In this document: positions 48,946 to 58,733 of the stretch, one piece after another
Position numbering within the stretch: the stretch's first letter is position 1
Layout of the letters: the number at the start of each line of letters is the position of its first letter
Virus record (IMG/VR): IMGVR_UViG_3300024259_000010
Location: 171,834-235,833 of that record
Direction: 5' to 3' (one strand)
Length of the DNA: 64,000 bases
Translations under genes and position numbers: made by a program
The notes under the pieces: generated by a model
What the model saw: only the letters and a program-made list of their open reading frames with translations
What the model was told of the DNA's origin: nothing
The model's database searches: none

Positions 48946-49716
48946 ATGGATAAATTAATAAAAGAGATTGAAGTATATAATAACATTATTGATCTACTTG
49001 ATACTGTTGAATCACAAGGATGGTGTCCACAATTAGAATGTTTATTTGGAGAAGAACTTAAGAACCAAGGTATAGATCTATCATCTAACACTAGTGTTGT
49101 ATTAGGACTGGAAGAATTAACTGTTAAATTAAGCTCTGGTATTTATAAAACCATAAAAAAGAAAATGGTTGGTAATGGTAATAAATATGCTTATATCAAT
49201 GATGTGTTAAATGCACGTGGTACATTTACAATAGATTCAAGACCTACTATCGTAGCACCTGGAGAAGGTATATGGTCTAACTTAAGAGACATAGCAAACG
49301 CTACTACTATAGCAGCTGGATGTGTTGAAGCATTGTTAAAGGATAATAATATAGCCAATGATGCATACGTTAAGAAGGCCATGGATAAGTATAATCAAAA
49401 GGCTGTTTTTAAATTACTCTTTGTTAAAACTGAAAATTACTCCACTATGGAAAAACGTACCAATGCTACACCAGCGTCTCTGTTAAAACACTGCGCTGAA
49501 GTTTTGAAAATAGCTAACGTATTGATTAATCCAATTAGAAAATTAGATCAGAAAACAAATGGGTTTACTACAATTGAAGTAACTGGTGATAAGAAAGAGA
49601 TTAAGAAAATCAATAGGGCTATTAGTACTTATATCTGGAGAACAGTTATGGTACATGCTCTTATTATTGAACAAGCTCATTTTATTTGTAAACTTCGATT
49701 GAACTATAGTGAATAA
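48946..49716 (+). CDS. Putative inner-head (ejection) protein, paralog family
   Basis: Propeptide-like N-terminus with G.....LFGEEL...GID.S and GLE; shares this with 52262 and 53492. Confidence 0.55.
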   Translation: MDKLIKEIEVYNNIIDLLDTVESQGWCPQLECLFGEELKNQGIDLSSNTSVVLGLEELTVKLSSGIYKTIKKKMVGNGNKYAYINDVLNARGTFTIDSRPTIVAPGEGIWSNLRDIANATTIAAGCVEALLKDNNIANDAYVKKAMDKYNQKAVFKLLFVKTENYSTMEKRTNATPASLLKHCAEVLKIANVLINPIRKLDQKTNGFTTIEVTGDKKEIKKINRAISTYIWRTVMVHALIIEQAHFICKLRLNYSE

Positions 49717-49718
49717 CT

Positions 49719-50051
49719 ATGAGAAATGTAGCATTAGAATGTATTGTAGAATCTAAGAGTAAACATACTTGTATATTTTCTATAAGGAATTGGTTTATTG
49801 TTGAACGACGTTGTGATATGATTGATATAGAACATGTAGGTGATGATATTAATAAACCTAATATATTCACTATTTATGTAGAGGATATTAAAGGGGATTT
49901 CTTATCGGTAAAAAAATGTGTTTATAAAGATTGTAGGTTTATACTTTCACAAAATTCTTCTGATAAATTAACAACTAAAATCATAAATAAATCTACAGAT
50001 GAAATCTATTACAATGAAGCGGTCAAGCATGTATGCTGTCCGGAATGTTAA
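49719..50051 (+). CDS. Hypothetical protein
   Basis: Follows the previous stop by 2 nt; ends at a bidirectional terminator. Confidence 0.55.
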   Translation: MRNVALECIVESKSKHTCIFSIRNWFIVERRCDMIDIEHVGDDINKPNIFTIYVEDIKGDFLSVKKCVYKDCRFILSQNSSDKLTTKIINKSTDEIYYNEAVKHVCCPEC

Positions 50052-50092
50052 ATATATAAGTGTATGCACGTAATGTGCATACACTTATATAT
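50052..50092. terminator. Bidirectional terminator (18-bp stem)
   Basis: ATATATAAGTGTATGCAC-GTAAT-GTGCATACACTTATATAT between convergent genes. Confidence 0.88.
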
Positions 50093-50096
50093 ATTT

Positions 50097-51746
50097 TTAT
50101 TTATCAAGATCACGTGTTAAGTTGTACATTGTCAATACAGCCATATCTGTATCCATCTTAATGATAGGCACACCTGTAGTATTCAATATAGATTCAGCAC
50201 TTTCAATATATTTTTTAACTTCTTGATTGGCTTCTTCAGATATCACACCAAGACATGAGATAGTATCACCATCATGGTCAGCTGTCAAGGGTTTTAATTG
50301 TGAAGGATGTAATGCCACACTACCAATATCCTCAGATCTATATATTGGAAATCTAGATAACTCTTTTTGCACCATTGGATTAGCAGCAAAGGTTACCATG
50401 ACTTCTTCAAATCTAGCAGTAGTTGCAATATGAACTCTAGCAGGGAAGATACTATCAGGACCAGCTACAGGGAAGCGAGTTATAGTAGCATGTTTTTCAC
50501 CTAAGTAAATAGCAGCCATATAATACATTTCAAAATATGTAAGCGGTCTGATTTTAGTTTTATCAATTTCTTTAATCTGATTAGATGAAACTAGTAATTC
50601 TAAATCACCAATACCTCTAAATAAGAATACTCTATCACCTTCTCTATATGTAAGATATAGATAGTACTGTTTACCATCATCCGCATAACAAGAAACGTAA
50701 TCATGCTTAATAGTATTATCTTGGAATGAATGCATCCCATCAATAACTTTATCGGATTGTGTAAATTTATTCTTTTCAGATAAAGGGATAGTGTGGTAAT
50801 TAAGATTATATGTTTTAGGATCGATCAAACTAGCTTGCAATGAATCTCTACTAAAAATATTATTAAAGAACATCGTCTTTAAGTTATAAACCACTAAAGG
50901 TCTGAACATATGTATAACTTGGAATAACGGTATTAACACCTCACTAGATTTTAGCAGTGCTCCAGACGTTGCTGAGACAGCAGTTGTGTCAGCAGCAGAG
51001 ATGACATTTCTAGTACCCAAGGCAATCCCTCTGGAACCATATTTCTCTTGTAGGAAACCAGTCTTACCATCTAAGATGTTTAAGATAAAATCAAATAATT
51101 CATTACACTTAGATTGAAGTGCAACCATTACTGGATCAAAGATCTTACTATCACCATATGTGACTTTAAGAGTTCTAGCCAAACTTAGAATAGACATATA
51201 TACTTTATTGATATCACCTATCTCATCACGACCACCAATAGTTTTAATATCTCTTAGTCCAGCCGGTATGACAATCTGCTTATCAATAAACATTTTATCT
51301 TTATTCTGTAATAGTAATTTAATACTGGTATCTTTTCTAACAGCACCTGTTAACTTTGGTTCTAGTTTAGCAACATGTTCAACAAAGAAACTGAATCCAG
51401 TATCAGCTTCTTCATGTTCCATATCTACTAATTCAAAATCTTTTGTCTTTTCATTAAAGACAGCATATTCGTTACCAAACATAATATCTTTATATACTGA
51501 TTTAATCTTGAGAAGTGTATTGTAGATCCTAGGATGTAGAATCTTAGTATTTAGAGAAATGTATCCACGATTACTAATACGTTCTGAGGATGCCATCTCA
51601 CCAAAGATTGATTCAGAGAATAATCCATTCTCATCAAATGTACCAGTCGACGGGTTCTTAATGAAAGAAGATGTTACTTCAAGTAAATCTTTCTTCTCAA
51701 CAAACTCATCAACATTCATTATGTGGATTTTTAATGGATCACTCAT
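50097..51746 (-). CDS. Virion RNA polymerase beta' subunit carrying the catalytic DxDGD loop (phiKZ gp80-like)
   Basis: GLFSESIFG...ER...GYISLNTKILHP..Y, YAVFNEKTKDFE, VIPAGLRD, KTGFLQEKYGSRGIALGTRNVISA, ITRFPV and LTADHDGD. Confidence 0.88.
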   Translation of the reverse strand: MSDPLKIHIMNVDEFVEKKDLLEVTSSFIKNPSTGTFDENGLFSESIFGEMASSERISNRGYISLNTKILHPRIYNTLLKIKSVYKDIMFGNEYAVFNEKTKDFELVDMEHEEADTGFSFFVEHVAKLEPKLTGAVRKDTSIKLLLQNKDKMFIDKQIVIPAGLRDIKTIGGRDEIGDINKVYMSILSLARTLKVTYGDSKIFDPVMVALQSKCNELFDFILNILDGKTGFLQEKYGSRGIALGTRNVISAADTTAVSATSGALLKSSEVLIPLFQVIHMFRPLVVYNLKTMFFNNIFSRDSLQASLIDPKTYNLNYHTIPLSEKNKFTQSDKVIDGMHSFQDNTIKHDYVSCYADDGKQYYLYLTYREGDRVFLFRGIGDLELLVSSNQIKEIDKTKIRPLTYFEMYYMAAIYLGEKHATITRFPVAGPDSIFPARVHIATTARFEEVMVTFAANPMVQKELSRFPIYRSEDIGSVALHPSQLKPLTADHDGDTISCLGVISEEANQEVKKYIESAESILNTTGVPIIKMDTDMAVLTMYNLTRDLDK

Positions 51747-52074
51747 CAGTAATTTCTTCCGCTTTATTAAATTTAATAATATCTACTTTTCTCAAGTAGG
51801 GTAAGAAAATCTTATTAAAACGTTTAGGTGAACCATTCTTATTAATAACTCGTACTAAACATGTACTACAAACAGTGACAGTATCATGTAAAGATGGTAT
51901 TGTATTTTCATCTCCAAGAGTATGTGCTCTAACATTCTCACTATTGCATTTGTCATTACACATCACACATGTATGATTGTCACGTCTAGTTACCTTTTCA
52001 AATACTTTTGCACCATAATCAACAATATCAGCTATTTGCTGATTTAGCACATCAAACATAGTTGGCTTACTCAT
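51739..52074 (-). CDS. HNH-like zinc-binding protein, probably degenerate
   Basis: RRDNHTCVMC...AH...TVCSTC resembles the RD..tC..C / H / C..CH scaffold, but the terminal His/Asn residues are not evident; overlaps the RNAP gene start. Confidence 0.5.
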   Translation of the reverse strand: MSKPTMFDVLNQQIADIVDYGAKVFEKVTRRDNHTCVMCNDKCNSENVRAHTLGDENTIPSLHDTVTVCSTCLVRVINKNGSPKRFNKIFLPYLRKVDIIKFNKAEEITDE

Positions 52075-52261
52075 AAAAATCTCCTTGTATTATTTTCTAT
52101 TCATAAAATGTTCTTTGTTTATAATTATTTACCTATAATAGCATTAGATTAGACTATATAAATTTAATAAAAATATAAAATCAAGACTACTATTGTATGT
52201 ATATTAACACACACACACATAATATATATATATATAAATGATATATAACCTTAATTAAGGA

Positions 52262-53221
52262 ATGAATATGAAATTAGGACTAGAATCATTAACGCATGTG
52301 GACCAAAAGAGTTCTATCTCTATGGCGGCTTTTTACAGAGCTGAAGTAGATATGCTTGAATCTTATATTGGGATTGAGTCTATGGTAGGCCAATTGGATA
52401 ACACTATTGAAACCAGAGAGAACATCAGTCACATCAAAGCGACTGTTGAAGCTCATGGTATTGACAACGGATTAATCGCATTGTTCGGCAATGAACTTAG
52501 TGGCATTGCTCCTACGTTCAAGTCTAAAGATGCCAAAGGTGTAACTGTTGCACTCGAAGGTGTTCTTAAAGACGCTGGTACTGCTGTTATTGACTGGATC
52601 AAAAAGATCTGGGCTAAAATTAAAGAATTCTTTGCTAAGACCTTCAGTGCGACTGGACTCGCTCTTAAGATCTATGAAAAAGAACTTGATCGTGTACAGA
52701 AACTTGGTGGCGGTGCTGCTTATAAAGGTAGCTTGAAATCTGAAAAGAAAGTACCTTATTACTACAAGCCTGAAACGATGTCGATTCGCCTGAAAATGGC
52801 TGCGAAATCATTTGAGCTTGCCGAAAAGATTGAAAATGAAATCGGTAGTGGTAAATGGGCTGGAAATGCTTCCTATGAAACTATCAACACTTATGTTGAG
52901 CAGTTTGCTAAAGAAGGTAAAGATGACAAACAGCCTGACTTTGTTACCACAGTTGTTGGTACTACTACTCAAGCATTCGCTGGGTATCGTAAAAACTTAA
53001 CTGAGTACAAAGCTGTTATTAACAAATACAAAGCTCTTCCAGGTAAGATCCGCAGTCACAAGATTTCCAAATTGGAAGTTACTGAAGGCGCGATTGGCGA
53101 TCCTAAGAAAATGTCGTCAGCGGCATCTAAATGTATTAGCTCCGGTATGCGCTATATCGTTCGTGACCTTCATGGGTCCATTTCGGTCTTGCGTAACATC
53201 GGTCCTGCTAAAAAGAAATAA
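52262..53221 (+). CDS. Putative major inner-head protein (phiKZ_IP-like, protease-processed)
   Basis: GLE, GIE and ALE sites in an acidic propeptide; ALE-G then IDWIKKIWAKIKEFF amphipathic helix; TATGTAT upstream. Confidence 0.65.
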   Translation: MNMKLGLESLTHVDQKSSISMAAFYRAEVDMLESYIGIESMVGQLDNTIETRENISHIKATVEAHGIDNGLIALFGNELSGIAPTFKSKDAKGVTVALEGVLKDAGTAVIDWIKKIWAKIKEFFAKTFSATGLALKIYEKELDRVQKLGGGAAYKGSLKSEKKVPYYYKPETMSIRLKMAAKSFELAEKIENEIGSGKWAGNASYETINTYVEQFAKEGKDDKQPDFVTTVVGTTTQAFAGYRKNLTEYKAVINKYKALPGKIRSHKISKLEVTEGAIGDPKKMSSAASKCISSGMRYIVRDLHGSISVLRNIGPAKKK

Positions 53222-53272
53222 TATTTTTAAAAATAAATATTAAAGAAATAAGATAATAGGTATACTCGCAAG

Positions 53273-53368
53273 ACATCTAAGATCCTCTCTGGAGTTGCTA
53301 AAGATCTTATGTCCGGTCTTAAATGGGATCTCCAGGTTTGGAGAAACGTTAAGTCTGACGCTAAATAA
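53273..53368 (+). pseudogene. 3'-terminal relic of a deleted head-protein paralog
   Basis: Start-less frame TSKILSGVAKDLMSGLKWDLQVWRNVKSDAK* aligns ungapped with the 52262 C-terminus (ASKCISSGMRYIVRDLHGSISVLRNIGPAKKK*); preceded by half a terminator. Confidence 0.6.
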
Positions 53369-53400
53369 GATTATATTTTTTATATAATTTTATAAACGAA

Positions 53401-53438
53401 ACACAAGTGGTTACCTTAGGGTAACTGCTTGTGTTTTT
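53401..53438 (+). terminator. Intrinsic terminator
   Basis: ACACAAGTGGTTACC-TTAG-GGTAACTGCTTGTGT plus T-tract. Confidence 0.8.
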
Positions 53439-53491
53439 GTTTAATCATTGTATACTAATATAAATTTATTAAAATAGAATAGGATACTGAT

Positions 53492-54388
53492 ATGAAAATT
53501 GGAATTGAACAACATATTGAACAACATAAAGATATAGATATTTCGGAATCAATGGAACAATTCGGTGAAGGATTGATTGCACTTGAAAAACAATCTGATA
53601 CTATTAATCGTGTTAATGACTTATGTGATGTACTTGCAGTAGAAGGTTACAATCCTACTATTGAACATTTATTCGGTCAAGAATTACGTGACAATGGTGT
53701 TGATACATCTATGCCTGTTAATAAAATTATTGAACATCTCACCGGTTGTAAAGTTGCAACTGAAGGCATAATGCGTCAGTCAGTATTGCTGATATTGTTT
53801 GGTGGGACAGGTTTCATGATTGCATTGATTACATTACTTGAACACATACTACATACTAGTGAAGTAAAACAAGTTCTAGCAAAACCATCACTATTGTTAA
53901 CCCCAGAAGATATTACCAAAGTTGGACATAAACGCATACCTGGTATATCATTTGATTATGTTAAGAAATATTTCACTCCTGCAATTGCAGTATTGAATAT
54001 GTCTCTCGATGCAGTCTCTACTGGTAAGTTAGATATGGTTAAGTTTAAAGTATTGAGTAAGCAATTAGATATTACATTATTCCAGAAGAATCCTAAACTC
54101 TGGAACTTTTCATTTAAACCAACCCGTCTTGCACAAAAAGGTTGGGGTAATGCTAACAATATTAACTTACTACATAAATTACTATCGGGTAATATCAATA
54201 AACTCTATGGTAACTTAAAGCGTGCTAAAAAAGCTGGTAAGAATGTATACCACGAAGGCATGTCACCTGAAGACACAGCATTGGTTAAGCAGACAGTGAA
54301 ACAAGCTGTAGCTGTTGTACAACAGAGCTATAATATCTACTCTAAGATATTATTCCGTCGTACTACTATCATTAAGAACAACAGTTAA
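53492..54388 (+). CDS. Putative inner-head protein, paralog family
   Basis: MKIGIE, ALE, G.....LFGQEL...GVDTS and VATE-G followed by a hydrophobic helix. Confidence 0.6.
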   Translation: MKIGIEQHIEQHKDIDISESMEQFGEGLIALEKQSDTINRVNDLCDVLAVEGYNPTIEHLFGQELRDNGVDTSMPVNKIIEHLTGCKVATEGIMRQSVLLILFGGTGFMIALITLLEHILHTSEVKQVLAKPSLLLTPEDITKVGHKRIPGISFDYVKKYFTPAIAVLNMSLDAVSTGKLDMVKFKVLSKQLDITLFQKNPKLWNFSFKPTRLAQKGWGNANNINLLHKLLSGNINKLYGNLKRAKKAGKNVYHEGMSPEDTALVKQTVKQAVAVVQQSYNIYSKILFRRTTIIKNNS

Positions 54389-54402
54389 TTCTAAAAGAAT
54401 AA

Positions 54403-54438
54403 GATAACAGGTATACTCGCAAGAGTATACCTGTTATC
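54403..54438. terminator. Bidirectional terminator
   Basis: GATAACAGGTATACTC-GCAA-GAGTATACCTGTTATC between convergent genes. Confidence 0.9.
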
Positions 54439-54444
54439 CTTTAT

Positions 54445-57400
54445 TTAATTAAAGTACATATCAACAGCGTTATCTTCAACGCCTTTTAATATGTTTTCAA
54501 ATGCACCACTGAACAATGGACTTAACACCATTCGATTATTAATAGCCATCGCACTCATCATAGCATCTACTACAACAGTACCATCTTCAGATGTGGATTC
54601 TTTTTCCATAACTGTAGAAATAATACTTTTCAACGCTCCATCATAAACTAGCTTATCACCAGCAATCATAGATAGATCTTGTTGTATGTAGAACTTGAGC
54701 ATGATAGTTTCTTCATCTAATAGTTGTCCATCAATCTTATCATTAGTTATTGAACCAGGTTTATTGAACTCATAAGAATTTTTAGAATTACTAGCATGTG
54801 TATGTCTAGCTTTATTAACTCTATTAATACTATTAATGAACTTACGTACACTATCATTCATCTCACTAATTTCACTCTTATAGAACGCTTCTATCTTAAC
54901 GATAGTACCACTATATTTAGCTTTAGGAGTTGACTTGTTTAATGCAGAGATAATATCCAACATGTCCTTATCTTTATATTCCATACTAGAGATATCACTC
55001 TCATCGAAGATCATGATTGGATCAATAGACTTTACAAATGTTCCAGGCTTAGCTACTTTATGAATAACAGTGTTACGCTTAATAGAAAGCTTTCTAACTT
55101 GGACTGGATTGAAACTAAGTTTCTTAGCCAGATCTTCAGAGATAACACTACCGTCTTCATTTTGTCCAGCACCTTCTAAGAATGCTACATTAGCAAACAC
55201 ACCAATGCTTAAGTCGATAGCTCCATCATTAACATCCTTGATAAAGAAGTCGCTATTGTAAACCAACACATCACCCTTTTTAAATATACTTCCAGGAGAA
55301 GTATTAAGAGCCATGTTCTGTGTTACATAGAAACCACCTCCACCATTCTTAGAAAATTCTTGTCTGAATGAAACGGTATACAGACCAGCTTTCTTGTATT
55401 GGACAGTTAATGTTTCAGTATCAAGATTTACATCTAATACTTTGCCATCATCGGTAGCTATATAAGCAAACGGAGGTTGTGATCGTTGAGCAACTACTCG
55501 CTCATAACCAGTTCTCAGTCTAGCCATATCTTTATGTTGAGTTGGAACATATTGTGAAATCTGCATAGATACAAAGTTCATACGTTTACCATCGTCAAAA
55601 TCCAAACCAGGTAATAACATAGAAACAGGTGATAAGATTTCAGCAGGAGTTAAGTCCTCATGTTTCTTATTAACTGTCATACCACGAACGTTTACCACAT
55701 TTGAATCAACTGATAATGTACCGTCAATACCAATACCACCACTAGCTACAGATGCTTCACTTAGAATACCAACACTGTCATCAGCATAACGTCTATCTGC
55801 AATAGTCATTGATTCACCAGTACGTCCACCATCTCCAATATGAGAGAATCTGTGCTTAGCACCAATGTCACCAATAGGATTAAGAATATCAATATTTGTC
55901 AATAATGGATCAGTAGAGATTGCACCATAGATTTCAAATTCACTAATACTAAATTTATGAATACCACCTTTTGGTTTATTCTTATAGTTAGATAATGCAC
56001 GTGTTAGTTGTTTATACACAACAGCATTAAATTGTTCATACGATCGGTATCTGAAGTTAGTAGAGGAAGAAGCTTCCTTACAGTCATCAGTTGTCAATAG
56101 TACTACAGCTCTAATAAGAAGATCTCTAAGATTAGTAGGTTCACCCATTTGTTTCAATACATCTTCTGTGATTGGATCAACAAACAGATCAAACATATCA
56201 TCAATACCTTTAAGATAATTGATAGATAGTTTCTTAGATTGAATAAGATCAAAATAAGTATCCTTAACATCCATATCTTTAAATTCAATCTCACGATGTT
56301 TGATATCATTAAGACCGGAGAACATGAGCCGTCCGAAGGTTGTCATGTTTCTAAGTCTAAGAGTACCATCTTTAAATTTAACAGTTATGTCAGATAGAGG
56401 AACAGGTCCTTTAATATTCCCATCAACGAATTCATACTTAACATGTAAGTAGTCCAACATTTCAGTTAATCCATATTTATAACACAGTACAAAGATGACT
56501 GGTAATTTAATATTTAAGATATGGAAATTGACCCATTCTTTGAATGGTGGGAAAGGAGCATCTACATACTGTTTTAATAGATCCAGTACAGTTGTACTGA
56601 AAGTATCTTTATCATTAGTATAAACAGTCACAACCCCTGTAAAATTAACGAAAGTTTTCTTCTTTTCCGTTAAACCGAAGTAAACACCATATTTAGCTTC
56701 AAGCTTTCTAACGGCCTTCTGCTCTTCTTCAGACATTCCATCTAATCGCTCTTCTAATTTATAAGTCCAATTAAACTTTTTATGTTTGATTCCATTGAAC
56801 ACACTTGCGATTGCTGTGTAGTCATATGGGAGTTTAACATCCTTATAATTATTACGACCGATATCTAGTGTTACTTGATCTCCAGCTTTCACTAACATCT
56901 TTTTAACATAGATAGGTAATGTGTTAGAAAAGGATTCGTTTCTCTGAACAATAGTTTTATTGAAGTTAGAACTTAATGATACACGAGTAGGACTTACTTT
57001 ACATATCGGAGTATTGATACGCTGTAGGTTCATTCTCTTATGTGAACCATTGATAAAGCAATTACCGCTTTCATCTACTTTAGGTAAAGTAAACTTAACA
57101 GTATGTTGTCTACCATTCTCATCTTTAAATACAGATGTGTAAGTGATCTTACGTGTAAGTGAATCACTGGTGTCTTCTTCTTTAATATCCTGAAGATACA
57201 TTCCACCTTTTCTAAGACTCACTAGATTACTAACCATATCCTTCTTATAAGTCTTCTCCATATATTCATTAGAGAATTTAGCAACACTGGAAACAGTGAT
57301 AGACTTATCAGGAAGATCTTTAGTTACTTGTTCAGCAACCTCATTCTTCTTTAGGTTCTTATCTACTTTCTCAACTAAGATCTTTTCTACTGGTTTATTA

Positions 57401-58608
57401 TCTACAACAACCTCTTTATATTTAGTTGTGATTTCTTTAGTATACTTTTTCTTAGCTTCAGTTTTAGTAGTATCTTCAGCAAGCTTTTCATCAATAGCTT
57501 TATCTTGCTCGATTATCTTTTCTTTAGCATGTTTAACTTCTTCTTCAGGTTTAACAGTTTCTCTGAATTCAGTTGCATTATGTTTATCTTTTTTGATAAC
57601 AGATATTTCAGGTTCTTTCTTAACAACAATTTCTTTAGCTTCAACTGGATTCCCAGTTTCTTCAGGAACAAGTTCTTTAGCATGTTCTTTTTCAAGAACC
57701 TTTACTTGTGCTGGAGTTAATGCTAGATGATTTAATTGGAACAAGAATTGTAAAGCAACTGCAGGAGTACGTGTATACATATCTTTCAATGTAGCTAAGT
57801 TATAAATAATAAACTTACCATTATTTTGAAACACAATATTCATGTTGCTTAACATGTTCTCAGGAACCTGTTCAAATAAACTCTCTGTAGGATGCTCATG
57901 CATAAATCCTAATAGATGCATTACTGCTAAGTAATACGTAGAGTCTTGATGTTTAATAGTAACACGAGAATATTCTTTAAATGTTCTTAAGAAGTCCGGT
58001 TTAGATAATTTCATTTCACTAGTATTGAATACTACAAAATGTTGAGACTCAGGAAGTGTAATAGCATGGTTCATTACAGATGCAAGACCAAGATCAAACA
58101 CACGTCTATGTCTTAGGATACCTGTGACAATAGATCTGTAAATAGGATCATGACAAATCACATTCTGGAACATGTTAGAATTTGTAAACTCATTAAGATC
58201 GTTCTTTAAAAAGAATCTAGATAAGTTAGTATTTCTAAACTCTCTGATCTTTTGATCCACTCCTGCTAATACCTGTCGCATAGCAGTAAGGTTAGGTTGA
58301 ACAGCATCATTCTTATTAGGGTATCTGCGTACGAAGAATAAGTTTAGTTTCTTCTTTCCGAGATAATGCGTATAATGTTTCATGTTTGGTGTTGGGGTAG
58401 CGGTCTTGCCGTAGTTCCCATCAATACCAAAGTTAGTGTGTAACACTGAGCCAACTGGTAATTCTTTAAGATCTTTTAAATCATGTATCTTAGAAAAATC
58501 ACCTGGCCGCCGAACAACATAAGATCTGTAAAACATTGGATATGTGATCATCTCTTCTGAGATGTCTATATTACCCATATTGATATCGGTCATCGTTATA
58601 CCTTTCAT
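54445..58608 (-). CDS. Virion RNA polymerase beta subunit (phiKZ gp178-like)
   Basis: RMNLQRINTPICKVSP.RVSLSSNFNK, FVDPIT..VL..M.EPT, R.RSYE, FSHIGDGGRTGESM, DDGKRMNFVSMQISQ, LRTGYE, EDGSVISE.LA and GDKLV...LKS. Confidence 0.9.
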   Translation of the reverse strand: MKGITMTDINMGNIDISEEMITYPMFYRSYVVRRPGDFSKIHDLKDLKELPVGSVLHTNFGIDGNYGKTATPTPNMKHYTHYLGKKKLNLFFVRRYPNKNDAVQPNLTAMRQVLAGVDQKIREFRNTNLSRFFLKNDLNEFTNSNMFQNVICHDPIYRSIVTGILRHRRVFDLGLASVMNHAITLPESQHFVVFNTSEMKLSKPDFLRTFKEYSRVTIKHQDSTYYLAVMHLLGFMHEHPTESLFEQVPENMLSNMNIVFQNNGKFIIYNLATLKDMYTRTPAVALQFLFQLNHLALTPAQVKVLEKEHAKELVPEETGNPVEAKEIVVKKEPEISVIKKDKHNATEFRETVKPEEEVKHAKEKIIEQDKAIDEKLAEDTTKTEAKKKYTKEITTKYKEVVVDNKPVEKILVEKVDKNLKKNEVAEQVTKDLPDKSITVSSVAKFSNEYMEKTYKKDMVSNLVSLRKGGMYLQDIKEEDTSDSLTRKITYTSVFKDENGRQHTVKFTLPKVDESGNCFINGSHKRMNLQRINTPICKVSPTRVSLSSNFNKTIVQRNESFSNTLPIYVKKMLVKAGDQVTLDIGRNNYKDVKLPYDYTAIASVFNGIKHKKFNWTYKLEERLDGMSEEEQKAVRKLEAKYGVYFGLTEKKKTFVNFTGVVTVYTNDKDTFSTTVLDLLKQYVDAPFPPFKEWVNFHILNIKLPVIFVLCYKYGLTEMLDYLHVKYEFVDGNIKGPVPLSDITVKFKDGTLRLRNMTTFGRLMFSGLNDIKHREIEFKDMDVKDTYFDLIQSKKLSINYLKGIDDMFDLFVDPITEDVLKQMGEPTNLRDLLIRAVVLLTTDDCKEASSSTNFRYRSYEQFNAVVYKQLTRALSNYKNKPKGGIHKFSISEFEIYGAISTDPLLTNIDILNPIGDIGAKHRFSHIGDGGRTGESMTIADRRYADDSVGILSEASVASGGIGIDGTLSVDSNVVNVRGMTVNKKHEDLTPAEILSPVSMLLPGLDFDDGKRMNFVSMQISQYVPTQHKDMARLRTGYERVVAQRSQPPFAYIATDDGKVLDVNLDTETLTVQYKKAGLYTVSFRQEFSKNGGGGFYVTQNMALNTSPGSIFKKGDVLVYNSDFFIKDVNDGAIDLSIGVFANVAFLEGAGQNEDGSVISEDLAKKLSFNPVQVRKLSIKRNTVIHKVAKPGTFVKSIDPIMIFDESDISSMEYKDKDMLDIISALNKSTPKAKYSGTIVKIEAFYKSEISEMNDSVRKFINSINRVNKARHTHASNSKNSYEFNKPGSITNDKIDGQLLDEETIMLKFYIQQDLSMIAGDKLVYDGALKSIISTVMEKESTSEDGTVVVDAMMSAMAINNRMVLSPLFSGAFENILKGVEDNAVDMYFN

Positions 58609-58683
58609 TTATATTTTATTTTATACATACAATGGATGATTGTTGTTTTTATATATATCGTAGTTCAATCTCATACAGATATA

Positions 58684-58691
58684 TATATTAC
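58684..58691 (+). promoter_or_regulatory. Early promoter TATATTAC
   Basis: Exact motif plus GTTAAACTGATTTAAATAAATAAAGGAG leader. Confidence 0.75.
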
Positions 58692-58733
58692 ATGTATAGT
58701 TAAACTGATTTAAATAAATAAAGGAGAGATGAA

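Noticed and set aside
52206-52236. (AC)n and (AT)n microsatellite upstream of the head gene
   Set aside because: Short, in an AT-rich leader, and outside any recognisable spacing-critical element; no evidence of phase variation.
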